A DNA stretch of 64,000 nucleotides from Capnocytophaga leadbetteri (lineage in GTDB: Bacteria; Bacteroidota; Bacteroidia; Flavobacteriales; Flavobacteriaceae): the NCBI RefSeq assembly GCF_938018165.1, contig NZ_CALIIH010000010.1; one strand, 5' to 3'. Positions 28,468-38,685 of the stretch are shown here, piece by piece (the first letter of the stretch is position 1; every line of letters starts with the position of its first letter). The translations under genes were made by a program, and so were the position numbers. A model generated the notes under the pieces. That model ran no database searches and was not told where the DNA came from. It saw only the letters and a list, made by a program, of their open reading frames with translations.

Positions 28468-29529
28468 ATGAAAGAGACAGACATCATCATCATAGGGGCA
28501 GGCCCCACAGGACTTTTTGCGGTTTTCGAGGCAGGATTGCTGCGCTTGAAGTGTCACCTTATTGACACCCTACCCCAAGTAGGCGGACAGCTAACAGAGC
28601 TGTACCCGAAGAAGCCTATTTTCGACATCCCTGGTTACCCCAGCGTGGGGGCTCTTGAGTTGGTAGACAACCTAATGGAGCAAATTAAGCAGTATCAGCC
28701 CGAATTTACCTTAGGCGAAACTGCTATGACCCTCACTAAAAATGATGATGGCACTTTCATTGTTACCACCGATGCTGGCACGCAAGTCAAAGGCAAGGCT
28801 GTAGCTATTGCTGGCGGATTAGGTACTTTCGAGCCTCGCAAGCCTGAGCTTGAAAATATAGCTCAATACGAGGGCAAAGGAGTAGCTTATTTTGTAAAGA
28901 ACCCCGAAAGCTATGCGGGCAAACACGTAGTAATAGCAGGGGGTGGCGACTCAGCTCTCGATTGGAGTATCTATTTAGCCGAAAAAGTAAATACGGCCTC
29001 AGTTACCTTAGTGCATAGGCGCAATGAGTTTAGAGGGGCTTTAGATTCGGTTGAAAAGGTAAAAGCCCTAAAAGCTGCGGGCAAAATCAATCTCAAAACA
29101 CCTTACGAAGTGGTAGGGCTTGTAGGAGAAAACCAATTAGAAAAGGTAGTATTAGAGCAAGAGGGGGGCAATAAAGAGGAACTTATTGCCGATGCTTTTA
29201 TTCCTCTCTTCGGGCTTACCCCTAAATTAGGCCCTATAGCTACTTGGGGGGTTGAGATAGAAAAAAATGCAGTAAAAGTGAATAATGCCTTAGATTATCA
29301 AACTTGCATAGAGGGGGTATACGCTATAGGCGACGTAAATACCTACCCTGGCAAGCTAAAACTCATACTCTGTGGTTTTCACGAAGCTACCCTAATGTGT
29401 CAAAGTGTCTATAACCGTATCTATCCCAACAAAAAGTATGTGCTCAAATACACTACAGTAGTGGGTATTGATGGTTTCGACGGCACTCGCAAAGAAGCAG
29501 AAAAAGCAGTAATAAAATCAATTGATTAA
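28468..29529 (+). CDS. Ferredoxin--NADP reductase (thioredoxin-reductase-like, YumC type)
   Basis: FAD 'IIIGAGPTG' and NAD(P) 'VVIAGGGDSALD' Rossmann motifs are present. It has no CxxC redox-active pair. Length is 353 aa. Confidence 0.75.
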   Translation: MKETDIIIIGAGPTGLFAVFEAGLLRLKCHLIDTLPQVGGQLTELYPKKPIFDIPGYPSVGALELVDNLMEQIKQYQPEFTLGETAMTLTKNDDGTFIVTTDAGTQVKGKAVAIAGGLGTFEPRKPELENIAQYEGKGVAYFVKNPESYAGKHVVIAGGGDSALDWSIYLAEKVNTASVTLVHRRNEFRGALDSVEKVKALKAAGKINLKTPYEVVGLVGENQLEKVVLEQEGGNKEELIADAFIPLFGLTPKLGPIATWGVEIEKNAVKVNNALDYQTCIEGVYAIGDVNTYPGKLKLILCGFHEATLMCQSVYNRIYPNKKYVLKYTTVVGIDGFDGTRKEAEKAVIKSID

Positions 29530-29564
29530 TTAAAGAGACTACTAATTTTAATAACTAAATAAAA

Positions 29565-30665
29565 ATGAAGAGCATAAATGTACTATTAGCAAGTGTCTTT
29601 TTAGCCTTTTCGGCATCGCTACAAGCACAAATAGACACCCTTAGCAGCAAAACACTGCTAATGAAAGGGAAAATAAAAAAAGTAGAAGACTTCTCTTTTT
29701 TATTAGAACCCGACCCTAAAGGCGAAAAGAAATTCGACGGTAAGAACTATAACGTTTTTCCTTATGCCGAAGAGTGGGGGCTTGAAAAAGACGCAACAAA
29801 ATCTTCTAAAACTAATATAGCCTATATTTTCGATAATTCGGGCAAGAATTTAGAGATAATAACTTACAATGCTGAAGACCAGCCTTTTGGTGGGATGCGC
29901 TTTTTCTATGACAAAAACGGACATATTAACAGAAGTCAATCAGTATTTACAACTGGTGATGGTGAGTTTACGGTAGACCGCAAATATTTTTACAATGAGA
30001 AAAATCAGTTGGTAAAAATAGACGAGTATGACGGCGATACTTGGCTCATCACTATCACCTATAAGTATGACGATTGGGGCAACTGTATAGAGAAAAACAA
30101 AGTAGCGAGCGTATCTGCTTTAGAAAAAGACATTCAGCGCTACGAAGAGAAAAACCTCATTTTAGAGAAGAAAATACGCCCCGAATACACACGCGAAAAA
30201 TCGTATACCTATAACAATATAAACAAAGTAGCAGCTACTGAAGATAAAGTATTAGAGAAAAACGTATTCTTAAAAACACAAAACGAATACGATAAAGAGG
30301 GACGACTCTCTAAAGCTACTTTCTTAAACGAAGCCAAACAAGAAACCGTTTGTACCTATAAATACAACAAAGCGGGGCGACTTATACAGAGCATTTGCAC
30401 GGCTAATGACGACCCTAACTTCTATGTAGAAACAAATTATATGTTTAACAAGTCGGGCGAAACGCAAGTGGTAAAGACTCGTACCTCTGTCGCTTCAACC
30501 AAAGTATTCGACGAGCACAACCTGCTAACTGCCTATACTACTCCCGAATTCGATTATAAATACCATTATTCATTCGACAAAATGGGCAATTGGACGCAAG
30601 TGCTAATGTACGAAAACGGCAAACCTATCTGTGCACGTATCCGCAAAATAGAATATTTCAAATAA
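29565..30665 (+). CDS. Secreted protein with degenerate YD/RHS-type repeats
   Basis: It has a signal peptide. There are repeated YxYDxxG(R/N)L-like units (FFYDKNGHI, YKYDDWGNCI, YKYNKAGRLI, YHYSFDKMGNW). Confidence 0.45.
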   Translation: MKSINVLLASVFLAFSASLQAQIDTLSSKTLLMKGKIKKVEDFSFLLEPDPKGEKKFDGKNYNVFPYAEEWGLEKDATKSSKTNIAYIFDNSGKNLEIITYNAEDQPFGGMRFFYDKNGHINRSQSVFTTGDGEFTVDRKYFYNEKNQLVKIDEYDGDTWLITITYKYDDWGNCIEKNKVASVSALEKDIQRYEEKNLILEKKIRPEYTREKSYTYNNINKVAATEDKVLEKNVFLKTQNEYDKEGRLSKATFLNEAKQETVCTYKYNKAGRLIQSICTANDDPNFYVETNYMFNKSGETQVVKTRTSVASTKVFDEHNLLTAYTTPEFDYKYHYSFDKMGNWTQVLMYENGKPICARIRKIEYFK

Positions 30666-31000
30666 TGAGTGATATACATCTAAAAATAACCGACAGAGAG
30701 GGGCTTCTATATGAAATAGAAGCCCCTACTGATATGAATATGACCTTAATGGAGGTGATGCGCGCCTACGAGATTGCCCAAGACGGCGAGATAGGCGTAT
30801 GTGGGGGTATGGCTATGTGTGCCTCTTGTCAGTGCTATGTGCAGAATGAAGAGGCGGTTACGCTCCCCGAAATGGGGGAAGAAGAACAAGCTATGCTTTC
30901 TGAAGCTTTTCACGTAAAACCCAACAGCCGATTGGGTTGCCAAATACCTATAACCCCAGAACTCGATGGGCTCGAAGTGATATTAGCGCCTTTCAGTTAA
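30665..31000 (+). CDS. 2Fe-2S ferredoxin (adrenodoxin/Fdx type). The start is corrected from track 30590 to ATG 30665.
   Basis: The Cys ligands are 'CGGMAMCASCQC' and a later Cys in 'RLGCQI'. The 111-aa length is typical. Confidence 0.8.
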   Translation: MSDIHLKITDREGLLYEIEAPTDMNMTLMEVMRAYEIAQDGEIGVCGGMAMCASCQCYVQNEEAVTLPEMGEEEQAMLSEAFHVKPNSRLGCQIPITPELDGLEVILAPFS

Positions 31001-31042
31001 AAAAATATGGGATTTCATTTGCATTTCATAATTTAATTCTAT

Positions 31043-31050
31043 ACTTTTGC
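31043..31050 (+). promoter_or_regulatory. -7 box TACTTTTG for the M16 peptidase
   Basis: 'ctatacttttgcgtc' lies 25 nt upstream of ATG 31075. Confidence 0.45.
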
Positions 31051-31074
31051 GTCTGTTTAATGTTAATTCACCAA

Positions 31075-34005
31075 ATGATGTTAAAAAGAAATCTATTCTT
31101 ATGGCTATTCGCATTAGCCGTATCGTTCGGTGCTCAGGCTCAAAATTATGAGTGGAAAGAAGCACAAAGTGGTGGTTACAAATACAAATATGTAACCCAC
31201 GACCCTACTAATTCAAGGTTCTATACCTTGAAAAACGGACTGACCGTCATTCTCAGTCCTACGAATAAAGAACCGCGCATACAGTGCTACGTAGCTGTTA
31301 AAGCAGGTAGCAAAACCGACCCTTCTACTAATACAGGGTTAGCGCACTACTTAGAGCACTTGCTCTTTAAGGGTACTGATAAGTACGGTTCATTAGACTG
31401 GGAAAAAGAGAAAGTACAGTTAGATAAGATTGATGCGTTGTACGAAGAGTACAATCACACCAAAGATGCTGAAAAGCGCAAAGCTATCTACAAAAAAATC
31501 GACTCTGTATCAGGGGTAGCTAGCAAATACGCTATCGCTAATGAGTACGACAAGATGATGACTGCTATGGGCGCACAAGGTACTAATGCATTTACCTCGT
31601 TTGAAAAAACAGTATATACTGACGATGTGCCTGCCAATGCCTTAAACAAATACATCACCGTGCAAGCAGAGCGTTTCCGCAATCCTGTATTGCGCATTTT
31701 CCACACTGAGCTCGAAGCGGTGTATGAAGAGAAAAACCGTTCATTAGATAGCGATAACAGCGAGGTATTCGAAACTCTTTTTGCCTCATTGTTTAAAAAG
31801 CACAACTACGGTTTGCAAACTACTATTGGTACAGTAGAACACCTCAAAAACCCTTCGCTTAAAGAAATTCGCAAATACTTCCACACCTATTACGTGCCTA
31901 ACAATATGGCAGTAGTACTTTCAGGAGATTTCAATCCAGACGAAGCGATTGCCGAAATTGACAAGGCTTTCAGTTATATGACACCAAAAGCTGTACCTCA
32001 GTACACTTTCGAGAAAGAAGAGCCTATCACTGCTCCTATTATCAAAAAAGTAGTAGGCCCAGATGCAGAAAGCGTTTCTATAGCTTTCCGCCTACCAGGC
32101 AATCAAGATAAAGAAGCACTATTAGCTGATTTAGTAGGTGAAATCCTTACTAATGGCAAAGCGGGTCTTATAGACTTAAATCTTGTAAAAAAACAAAAAC
32201 TACTTGGGGCAAGCGCTTTTGCTTATACCCTTATAGACTATGGCGTACTATACCTATCAGGACGCCCTTTACAAGGTCAGTCATTAGAACAAGTGAAAGA
32301 CCTAATGCTCGGACAGATAGAAGACCTTAAGAAAGGAAATTTTGATGATGACCTTATCCCTTCTATCATCAACAATATGAAAAAGTACGTTATACAAAGT
32401 ACCGAATCTTATGCTAGCCGTGCTAATATGCTAATGGATGCCTTCACTGACAATCTTGATTGGAAAGACCGTGTAGCTTATGTAAACGACCTTTCTAAGA
32501 TAACTAAGGCCGACATCGTAGCTTTTGCTAACAAATACTTAGGCAATAACTACGTAGCTGTCTATAAAGAAAAAGGGCAACGCACCAATGTTGAGAAGAT
32601 AGAAAAACCTGCTATTACACCTGTTGAAACCAATGCTGACAAACAATCAGCTTTTGTGAAAATGGTGAACGAAATGCCAAGTACCCCAGTAAAACCTGTA
32701 TTCTTAGACTACAGCAAAGACCTACAAAAAGGTAAATTAGGCAAAGCAGAAGTACTATACGTACAAAACAAAGACAACGAACTATACCGCTTAAGTTTCC
32801 GTTATAAAATAGGTACTCTAAACGATTTGAAATTAGCCATAGCTTCTAATTATAGTCAATTCTTAGGTACTGATAAAATGTCAGCAGAGCAGCTCAGCAA
32901 AGAGTTATACAAGATAGCTTCTAGTTTTAATATCTCAACTAATGGCGAGTATACTACTGTTTATATTGAAGGGCTACAAGAAAACTTTGAGGCAGCAGTA
33001 AAACTTTACGAAGACTTTATCGCTAATATAAAAGTAGATGAAGAAGCGTTGAAAGCATTAAAAGCACGTGTAGCTAAAACACGTATAGACTCTAAAGCCA
33101 ACAGAGGGGCTATTATGCAAGCCTTAACAAACTATGCTTTATACGGAGCTAAAAACCCTTATAACTACACTTTCTCTGATGCTGAAATCGAAGCTATTAC
33201 AGGAAAAGAGTTGGTTGAGAAACTTAAAAAGCTAAACAATGTAGAGCAAACTGTTATCTATTATGGTCCTTTAAGTCTAAATCAGCTTACTGCTAAGCTA
33301 AAACCACTTCATAAGGTGCCTGCTAAGTTTGCTCAAGTAGCTCCTAAAAAAGAGTTTAAACAAGTAGAGCAAACTAAGAATCAAGTATTCTTTGCTGATT
33401 ATGAAATGGTACAAGCTGAAACCCGTTGGATTCGCAATACCGTTCCTTATAACCCTGCTGAAAGCACTGTTATTAAAGCCTTTAATAACTATTTTGGGGG
33501 CGGAATGGGCTCTTTAGTATTCCAAACTATACGCGAAAGTAAAGCCTTAGCCTACAGCACTTATGGCTATTACGCAACCCCTAGTAAGAAAACTGATAAG
33601 TACTATACACTTGCTTATGTAGGTTCTCAAGCTGACAAGTTTAAAGAAGCTGTTGAAGCTATGAATGAACTGCTCAATACTATGCCTGAGTTACCTGCTA
33701 ACTTAGAATTAGCTAAACAGCAAATCAAGCAAGAAATAGAAACAGAGCGTATCACACAAGACGGTATCATCTATTACTATTTACACGACCAACGTATGGG
33801 CTTAAAAGACGACATACGCAAACAGATATACCAAAACATAGATAATATCACAATGAAAGACATAAAGGCTTTCCACGATAAATATCTATCAAACAAACCA
33901 TATACGTATGTAATTTTAGCTTCAGAAAAGAAACTTTCTGAAGATGAGCTTAAGAAAATTGGTGATTTCAAAAAACTTAGCTTAAAAGAGCTATTTGGAT
34001 ACTAA
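31075..34005 (+). CDS. M16-family (pitrilysin/insulinase-like) zinc peptidase, tandem-domain, secreted. The start is corrected to the MMLKRNLFLW signal peptide.
   Basis: The inverted zinc motif is 'HYLEHLLFKGT' (HxxEH). It has a signal peptide with a 'GAQAQ' cleavage region. The roughly 975-aa length is typical of double-M16 proteins. Confidence 0.8.
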   Translation: MMLKRNLFLWLFALAVSFGAQAQNYEWKEAQSGGYKYKYVTHDPTNSRFYTLKNGLTVILSPTNKEPRIQCYVAVKAGSKTDPSTNTGLAHYLEHLLFKGTDKYGSLDWEKEKVQLDKIDALYEEYNHTKDAEKRKAIYKKIDSVSGVASKYAIANEYDKMMTAMGAQGTNAFTSFEKTVYTDDVPANALNKYITVQAERFRNPVLRIFHTELEAVYEEKNRSLDSDNSEVFETLFASLFKKHNYGLQTTIGTVEHLKNPSLKEIRKYFHTYYVPNNMAVVLSGDFNPDEAIAEIDKAFSYMTPKAVPQYTFEKEEPITAPIIKKVVGPDAESVSIAFRLPGNQDKEALLADLVGEILTNGKAGLIDLNLVKKQKLLGASAFAYTLIDYGVLYLSGRPLQGQSLEQVKDLMLGQIEDLKKGNFDDDLIPSIINNMKKYVIQSTESYASRANMLMDAFTDNLDWKDRVAYVNDLSKITKADIVAFANKYLGNNYVAVYKEKGQRTNVEKIEKPAITPVETNADKQSAFVKMVNEMPSTPVKPVFLDYSKDLQKGKLGKAEVLYVQNKDNELYRLSFRYKIGTLNDLKLAIASNYSQFLGTDKMSAEQLSKELYKIASSFNISTNGEYTTVYIEGLQENFEAAVKLYEDFIANIKVDEEALKALKARVAKTRIDSKANRGAIMQALTNYALYGAKNPYNYTFSDAEIEAITGKELVEKLKKLNNVEQTVIYYGPLSLNQLTAKLKPLHKVPAKFAQVAPKKEFKQVEQTKNQVFFADYEMVQAETRWIRNTVPYNPAESTVIKAFNNYFGGGMGSLVFQTIRESKALAYSTYGYYATPSKKTDKYYTLAYVGSQADKFKEAVEAMNELLNTMPELPANLELAKQQIKQEIETERITQDGIIYYYLHDQRMGLKDDIRKQIYQNIDNITMKDIKAFHDKYLSNKPYTYVILASEKKLSEDELKKIGDFKKLSLKELFGY

Positions 34006-34025
34006 ATCATAAGCAAATAATACTT

Positions 34026-34073
34026 AAAGAGAGGTCGCCTCAGATTGTTCTGAGGCGACCTCTCTTAGTTTTA
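34026..34073 (+). terminator. Rho-independent terminator (18-bp perfect GC-rich stem)
   Basis: aagagaggtcgcctcaga ttgt tctgaggcgacctctctt agtttt. Confidence 0.85.
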
Positions 34074-34173
34074 GTACCATTAACAATATAGTTGGTAATT
34101 AGTATTTTTTTACTATCTTTGCGGCGGTTTTTATCAATTATCAATAATAATCGATAGTTAAATATAAATTGTA

Positions 34174-35106
34174 ATGAAAAAATCTTTTTTAGATTATACA
34201 ATTATCAGCCTGAAAGGAATAGCTATGGGGGCAGCAGATGTAGTGCCAGGGGTATCAGGGGGTACTATCGCCTTTATATCGGGCATCTATGAAGAGTTAG
34301 TAGACTCTATCAGTCGTATCAATTTAAAAGCCTTTAAAATACTATTCAGCGAAGGCATAGGCACCTTTTGGCGCTATATCAATGGTAATTTCTTCGTAGC
34401 TTTACTATTAGGGGTGGGTATTAGTATATTGTCATTAGCTAAACTCATAAAATGGCAGTTAGAGCATTACCCTATAATGGTGTGGTCATTTTTCTTTGGG
34501 CTAATGATAGCTAGTGTTTTCTTCCTAATAAAAGAAATACAGCGTTGGAACCTTGCTGCTATCATTACTATGCTCATAGCTGGGGCAGTGGCTTATACCA
34601 TTACAGTAATACCTCCTTTAGTAAGCAGTGGCGACCAAAGTTTGATATTCTTATTTTTATGTGGTGCTTTAGCCATTTGTGCAATGATACTTCCTGGTAT
34701 TTCAGGGGCTTTTATATTGGTGTTATTAGGTGCTTATCACACTATATTAGACGCTTTAAGCAGTTGGAAACTAAAAGTGATTTTTACCTTTGCTTTAGGG
34801 GCTATCACCGGTATTCTAACTTTTTCTAGAGCCTTAAAATGGCTTTTTGCTACCTACAGAAACCTTACTTTTGCAGGGCTTACAGGCTTTATCATAGGGT
34901 CGCTAAACAAAGTGTGGCCTTGGAAACAAACCCTAAGAGTAGACCCTAGTAACGGCAGTGTGATATGGGAAAAAAGCATAAGTCCTTGTCAATTCGAAGA
35001 GATAACCAATACTAACCCTCAAATATTAACCTCTATAGGTTTGGCTATTGCAGGATTCCTCGTTATCTACGGAATCGAAAAATGGGCAAACCGTATAAAA
35101 CACTAA
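34174..35106 (+). CDS. DUF368-family membrane protein (putative undecaprenyl-phosphate translocase family)
   Basis: It has the twice-repeated motif 'PGVSGGTIAFISG' / 'PGISGAFILVLLG', and about 8 TM segments. Confidence 0.65.
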   Translation: MKKSFLDYTIISLKGIAMGAADVVPGVSGGTIAFISGIYEELVDSISRINLKAFKILFSEGIGTFWRYINGNFFVALLLGVGISILSLAKLIKWQLEHYPIMVWSFFFGLMIASVFFLIKEIQRWNLAAIITMLIAGAVAYTITVIPPLVSSGDQSLIFLFLCGALAICAMILPGISGAFILVLLGAYHTILDALSSWKLKVIFTFALGAITGILTFSRALKWLFATYRNLTFAGLTGFIIGSLNKVWPWKQTLRVDPSNGSVIWEKSISPCQFEEITNTNPQILTSIGLAIAGFLVIYGIEKWANRIKH

Positions 35107-35109
35107 TAA

Positions 35110-36426
35110 ATGTCGTCATTAGAAAGAGGAAACAAGAAACTACTGAATGCGTGGGCGTTTTACGACTGGGCAAACTCAGTATATTCACTAACTATTGTTT
35201 CAACTATATTCCCTATTTTTTATGGGTTATTGTTTAAAACGGCACAACTAACCCATATTTCACTCTTTGGCATCTTATTCAAAAGCACTTCTGTAATTGC
35301 TTTCGTTACCGCCTTAGCCTTTTTGTTAGTAGTGCTCCTCTCCCCTATTCTGAGTGGTATAGCCGATTTTTTAGGCAATAAAAAGAGTTTTATGCGCTTT
35401 TTTTGCTACTTAGGAGCAATTTCGTGTATCGGGCTCTATTGGTTTTCGTTAGAGCATATCTACTTTGGGCTGATTTGCTACTTTTGCGGAGTAGTAGGTT
35501 TCTGGGGAAGTATCGTGTTCTACAACTCTTATTTGCCTGATATTGCCCTACCAGAGCAGTATGATGCGGTCAGTGCTAAAGGTTATAGTTTAGGCTATGC
35601 TGGCAGTGTATTACTACTGATTTTGAACCTTATAATGGTAATGAAACCCGAATGGATAGGCTTTGAAAACGCTGATACTACTACTGCACTAACCACTATG
35701 CGCATTTCATTTATCACTGTAGGAATTTGGTGGATAGGGTTCAGTAGCATTCCTTTCAGATACCTACCTAACTATCATAGCGGTAGAGGAAAGCTGACAA
35801 AAAATATCCTCTTCAACGGTTTTAAAGAACTCCGAAAAGTATGGCAAAGCCTAAAGGCAACCCCCTCGCTAAAATGGTATCTCATTGCTTTTTTTGTATA
35901 CAGTATGGGGGTACAAACCGTGATGCTTATTGCTACCTATTTCGGAGAACAAGAAATACAATGGGGTAGTAGAAATGAGAGTACTATAGGGCTGATAGTC
36001 AGTGTGCTTATCATTCAATTAGTAGCTATCATAGGGGCGCGTTTAACAGTGACAGCTGTGCGAAAATTTGGCAACATTAGGGTACTGATTGGGCTAAATG
36101 CTATTTGGGTAAGCATCTGCCTATTGTCTTACTTTGTGTTTAAACCCGTACAGTTTTATGCCTTAGCTACCTTGGTAGGGCTGGTAATGGGCGGTATACA
36201 GAGTCTTTCGCGCTCTACTTATTCAGCTTATCTACCTGACACTAAAGACACTACCTCTTTTTTCAGCTTCTATGATGTAACCGAAAAATTAGGTATCGTA
36301 ATCGGGATGGGTATTTATGGTATTATAGACCAGCTAACGAATAATATGCGAAACGCTACTATTTCGTTAGTTATTTTCTTTGCATTAGGAATGCTTCTCC
36401 TTTTCAAAGTAAAGAGTAAAAAATAA
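35110..36426 (+). CDS. MFS-type transporter (UMF1-like)
   Basis: 438 aa with about 12 TM helices and a 'WAFYDWANS' N-terminal motif. Confidence 0.65.
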   Translation: MSSLERGNKKLLNAWAFYDWANSVYSLTIVSTIFPIFYGLLFKTAQLTHISLFGILFKSTSVIAFVTALAFLLVVLLSPILSGIADFLGNKKSFMRFFCYLGAISCIGLYWFSLEHIYFGLICYFCGVVGFWGSIVFYNSYLPDIALPEQYDAVSAKGYSLGYAGSVLLLILNLIMVMKPEWIGFENADTTTALTTMRISFITVGIWWIGFSSIPFRYLPNYHSGRGKLTKNILFNGFKELRKVWQSLKATPSLKWYLIAFFVYSMGVQTVMLIATYFGEQEIQWGSRNESTIGLIVSVLIIQLVAIIGARLTVTAVRKFGNIRVLIGLNAIWVSICLLSYFVFKPVQFYALATLVGLVMGGIQSLSRSTYSAYLPDTKDTTSFFSFYDVTEKLGIVIGMGIYGIIDQLTNNMRNATISLVIFFALGMLLLFKVKSKK

Positions 36427-36459
36427 ATCAGAGGAAAAAATATATAATTTGATATTGAA

Positions 36460-36678
36460 ATGTTGAAATTCAGGTTTTTTCTTGAGAAATACGGATTTGC
36501 CGTATCCTCTCGGTTAGCAGAGAAATTAGGGATGCGGGCAAAAGATGTACGAATAGCCTTTATCTACGGCACTTTCGCTACCTTGGGGGCATGGTTTGGT
36601 GTTTATTTATTATTAGCTTCTTTGCTGAAAATCAAAGACTTATTATACACTAAAAGAACTTCAGTTTTTGATTTATAA
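36460..36678 (+). CDS. PspC-domain small membrane protein
   Basis: 72 aa. 'SRLAEKLGMRAKDVRIAFI' is followed by a TM helix. Confidence 0.45.
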   Translation: MLKFRFFLEKYGFAVSSRLAEKLGMRAKDVRIAFIYGTFATLGAWFGVYLLLASLLKIKDLLYTKRTSVFDL

Positions 36679-36722
36679 AAAAATTAATAGGGGTATAGCA
36701 TTGTTATACCCATTATTTTTTG

Positions 36723-36730
36723 TATCTTTG
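36723..36730 (+). promoter_or_regulatory. -7 box TATCTTTG
   Basis: 'tttgtatctttgcc' lies 23 nt upstream of ATG 36753. Confidence 0.45.
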
Positions 36731-36752
36731 CCTCTTAAAAATAACATCTATT

Positions 36753-37667
36753 ATGATAGATCCTAATAAACTGTCGGTTGGCATATTGCTCCCTATAGAA
36801 TCATACGAAGGAGCTATTCCTAAAATGGAAAATCAAACACAGCTCATACAGCGTGCAGAAGCCTTAGGTTTTGATACGGTATGGGTGCGCGATATTCCGC
36901 TAAACAATCCAGATTTTAAAGAAGTAGGGCAAATATTTGACCCTTGGATATACTTATCGCATATAGCATCGCTCACCAAAAGCATCAAGTTTGGTATTGC
37001 AAGTGTTATTTTGCCACTGCGCCACCCTTTGCACGTAGCTAAAGCCTCAGCAAGCCTTGATGTACTTTTCCCTAACCGCTTTGTGATGGGGGTAGCCTCT
37101 GGAGACCGCCCAGTAGAATACCCTGCATTCAACAAACCTTTTGAGTTAAGAAGTGCACGTGTGTCAGAGCATATGCGTATGCTTAGAGAGTTGTGGAGCA
37201 AAGATTTTCCTACTTATAACAACGATTACGGTACCCTAATGGCCAATGTAGGCGATGTAGTACCTAAGCCCGTACAGAAAAATATACCAATGTATGTCAC
37301 AGGACACGTTGGAGGGGTAAACCTCGATTGGATTGCCAAAAACTCTGATGGATGGATTTACTATCCTCGCGACTTCGCTTTCACCAAAAAAATAGTACAA
37401 GATTGGGAAGAGGCGCTACAAAAAGAAGGGCAACCTAAGAAACCTTATATTCAACCTGTATATATAGACCTAATGGAAGATCCTAATTTCGAACCCCAAA
37501 AGATAGATTTAGGCTTCCGATTAGGGCGTACTTACCTAATAGATATGTTCCAAGAACTCGAAAAAATAGGGGTGAACCACACTATGTTAGTATTCAAGTA
37601 TTGTTCACGCCCAGCAGGAGAAGTACTCGAAGAGATAGGAAAAGACATTTTACCACAACTTAAATAA
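36753..37667 (+). CDS. LLM-class (luciferase-like) flavin-dependent oxidoreductase. The start is corrected to ATG 36753.
   Basis: It has a TIM-barrel LLM pattern (GILLP...FDTVWVRD...). Length is about 304 aa. Confidence 0.65.
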   Translation: MIDPNKLSVGILLPIESYEGAIPKMENQTQLIQRAEALGFDTVWVRDIPLNNPDFKEVGQIFDPWIYLSHIASLTKSIKFGIASVILPLRHPLHVAKASASLDVLFPNRFVMGVASGDRPVEYPAFNKPFELRSARVSEHMRMLRELWSKDFPTYNNDYGTLMANVGDVVPKPVQKNIPMYVTGHVGGVNLDWIAKNSDGWIYYPRDFAFTKKIVQDWEEALQKEGQPKKPYIQPVYIDLMEDPNFEPQKIDLGFRLGRTYLIDMFQELEKIGVNHTMLVFKYCSRPAGEVLEEIGKDILPQLK

Positions 37668-37676
37668 CAGCTTATT

Positions 37677-38627
37677 ATGACCATTACTCAATTTCAATAT
37701 GTTTTGGCAGTTGCCAAATACAAGAACTTTACTACTGCTGCCGAAAACAGTTATGTAACACAACCAACCTTAAGTATGCAAATACAGAAGTTGGAAGAAG
37801 AATTGGGGGTCACCATTTTTGACAGAAGCAAAAAACCACTACAGATAACAGAAATAGGAGAGCAAATCATCAAGCAGGCACAGACAATAGTAAACGAGTC
37901 TGAACGAATGAATGATATTGTTGCCCAACAAAAAGGATATATAGGGGGCGAATTTAGAGTAGGGATAATTCCTACTGTATCGCCTACCTTATTACCGATG
38001 TTTTTAAACAACTTTATAAATAAATATCCTAAGGTATGTTTAAAAATTGAAGAGCAAACTACTGAAAATATCTTGAAAAAAATAGGCGATGGCACTTATG
38101 ATGCAGGCATACTCGCTACTCCTTTAGCCAATCCTTCTATTATAGAGCGCCCGCTGTACTACGAGCCTTTTGTAGCTTATATACCCGTAAATCACAGGCT
38201 TCAGAACTCTAAAACCATTTATACTGGCGATTTAGATATCAATGATATTTTGATGTTAGAAGACGGGCATTGCTTCAAAGATAGTGTGCTAAACATCTGT
38301 AATCAAGATGTGATTGAATCGCGAAAACATTTTCAGCTAAAAAGTGGTAGTTTCGAGACTTTAGTACGCTTAGCCAACGAAGGTTTAGGTATGACACTAC
38401 TCCCCTATCTGCATTCGTTAGAACTCAAAGAAAAAGAAAAAGAATGTATTCATTATTTTGAAGAACCTTATCCAGCGAGAGAGATAAGTTTGGTATATCA
38501 TAAAAATGAACTTAAGATGCAAATAATCAAATCATTGCATAGTACTATTTCAGGAGTTATCAGAGGAGCTATTGCTTTCCAAAATGTAAAAATTATCAGT
38601 CCTACGCGAGAAAGGCACAAGATTTGA
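37677..38627 (+). CDS. LysR-family transcriptional regulator (OxyR-like)
   Basis: The N-terminal HTH is 'ITQFQYVLAVAKYKNFTTAAENSYVTQPTLSMQIQKLEEELG'. A LysR substrate-binding domain follows. Confidence 0.8.
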   Translation: MTITQFQYVLAVAKYKNFTTAAENSYVTQPTLSMQIQKLEEELGVTIFDRSKKPLQITEIGEQIIKQAQTIVNESERMNDIVAQQKGYIGGEFRVGIIPTVSPTLLPMFLNNFINKYPKVCLKIEEQTTENILKKIGDGTYDAGILATPLANPSIIERPLYYEPFVAYIPVNHRLQNSKTIYTGDLDINDILMLEDGHCFKDSVLNICNQDVIESRKHFQLKSGSFETLVRLANEGLGMTLLPYLHSLELKEKEKECIHYFEEPYPAREISLVYHKNELKMQIIKSLHSTISGVIRGAIAFQNVKIISPTRERHKI

Positions 38628-38685
38628 TAGTATAGAAAAATCAAAAAGAAAAAATTTAATTATTGTTTTTAAAATAAGTATTATA

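Noticed and set aside
30590-30664. ORF-track 5' extension of the ferredoxin gene
   Set aside because: The extension overlaps the 3' end of the upstream gene in another frame. The canonical ferredoxin N-terminus begins at ATG 30665.
30937-31074. ORF-track 5' extension of the M16 peptidase (MPNTYNPRTRW…)
   Set aside because: It overlaps the ferredoxin gene and the promoter box at 31043-31050. A clean signal peptide begins at ATG 31075.
34545-34829. Alternative-frame ORF inside the DUF368 gene, and similar embedded ORFs (2040-2345, 4905-5162, 6750-7397, 19042-19455, 21693-22220, 26222-26985, 36833-37201, 37751-38095, 46302-46592, 50893-51330 and others)
   Set aside because: All are fully nested in longer ORFs with clear family motifs. 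They have no independent promoter or recognisable product.
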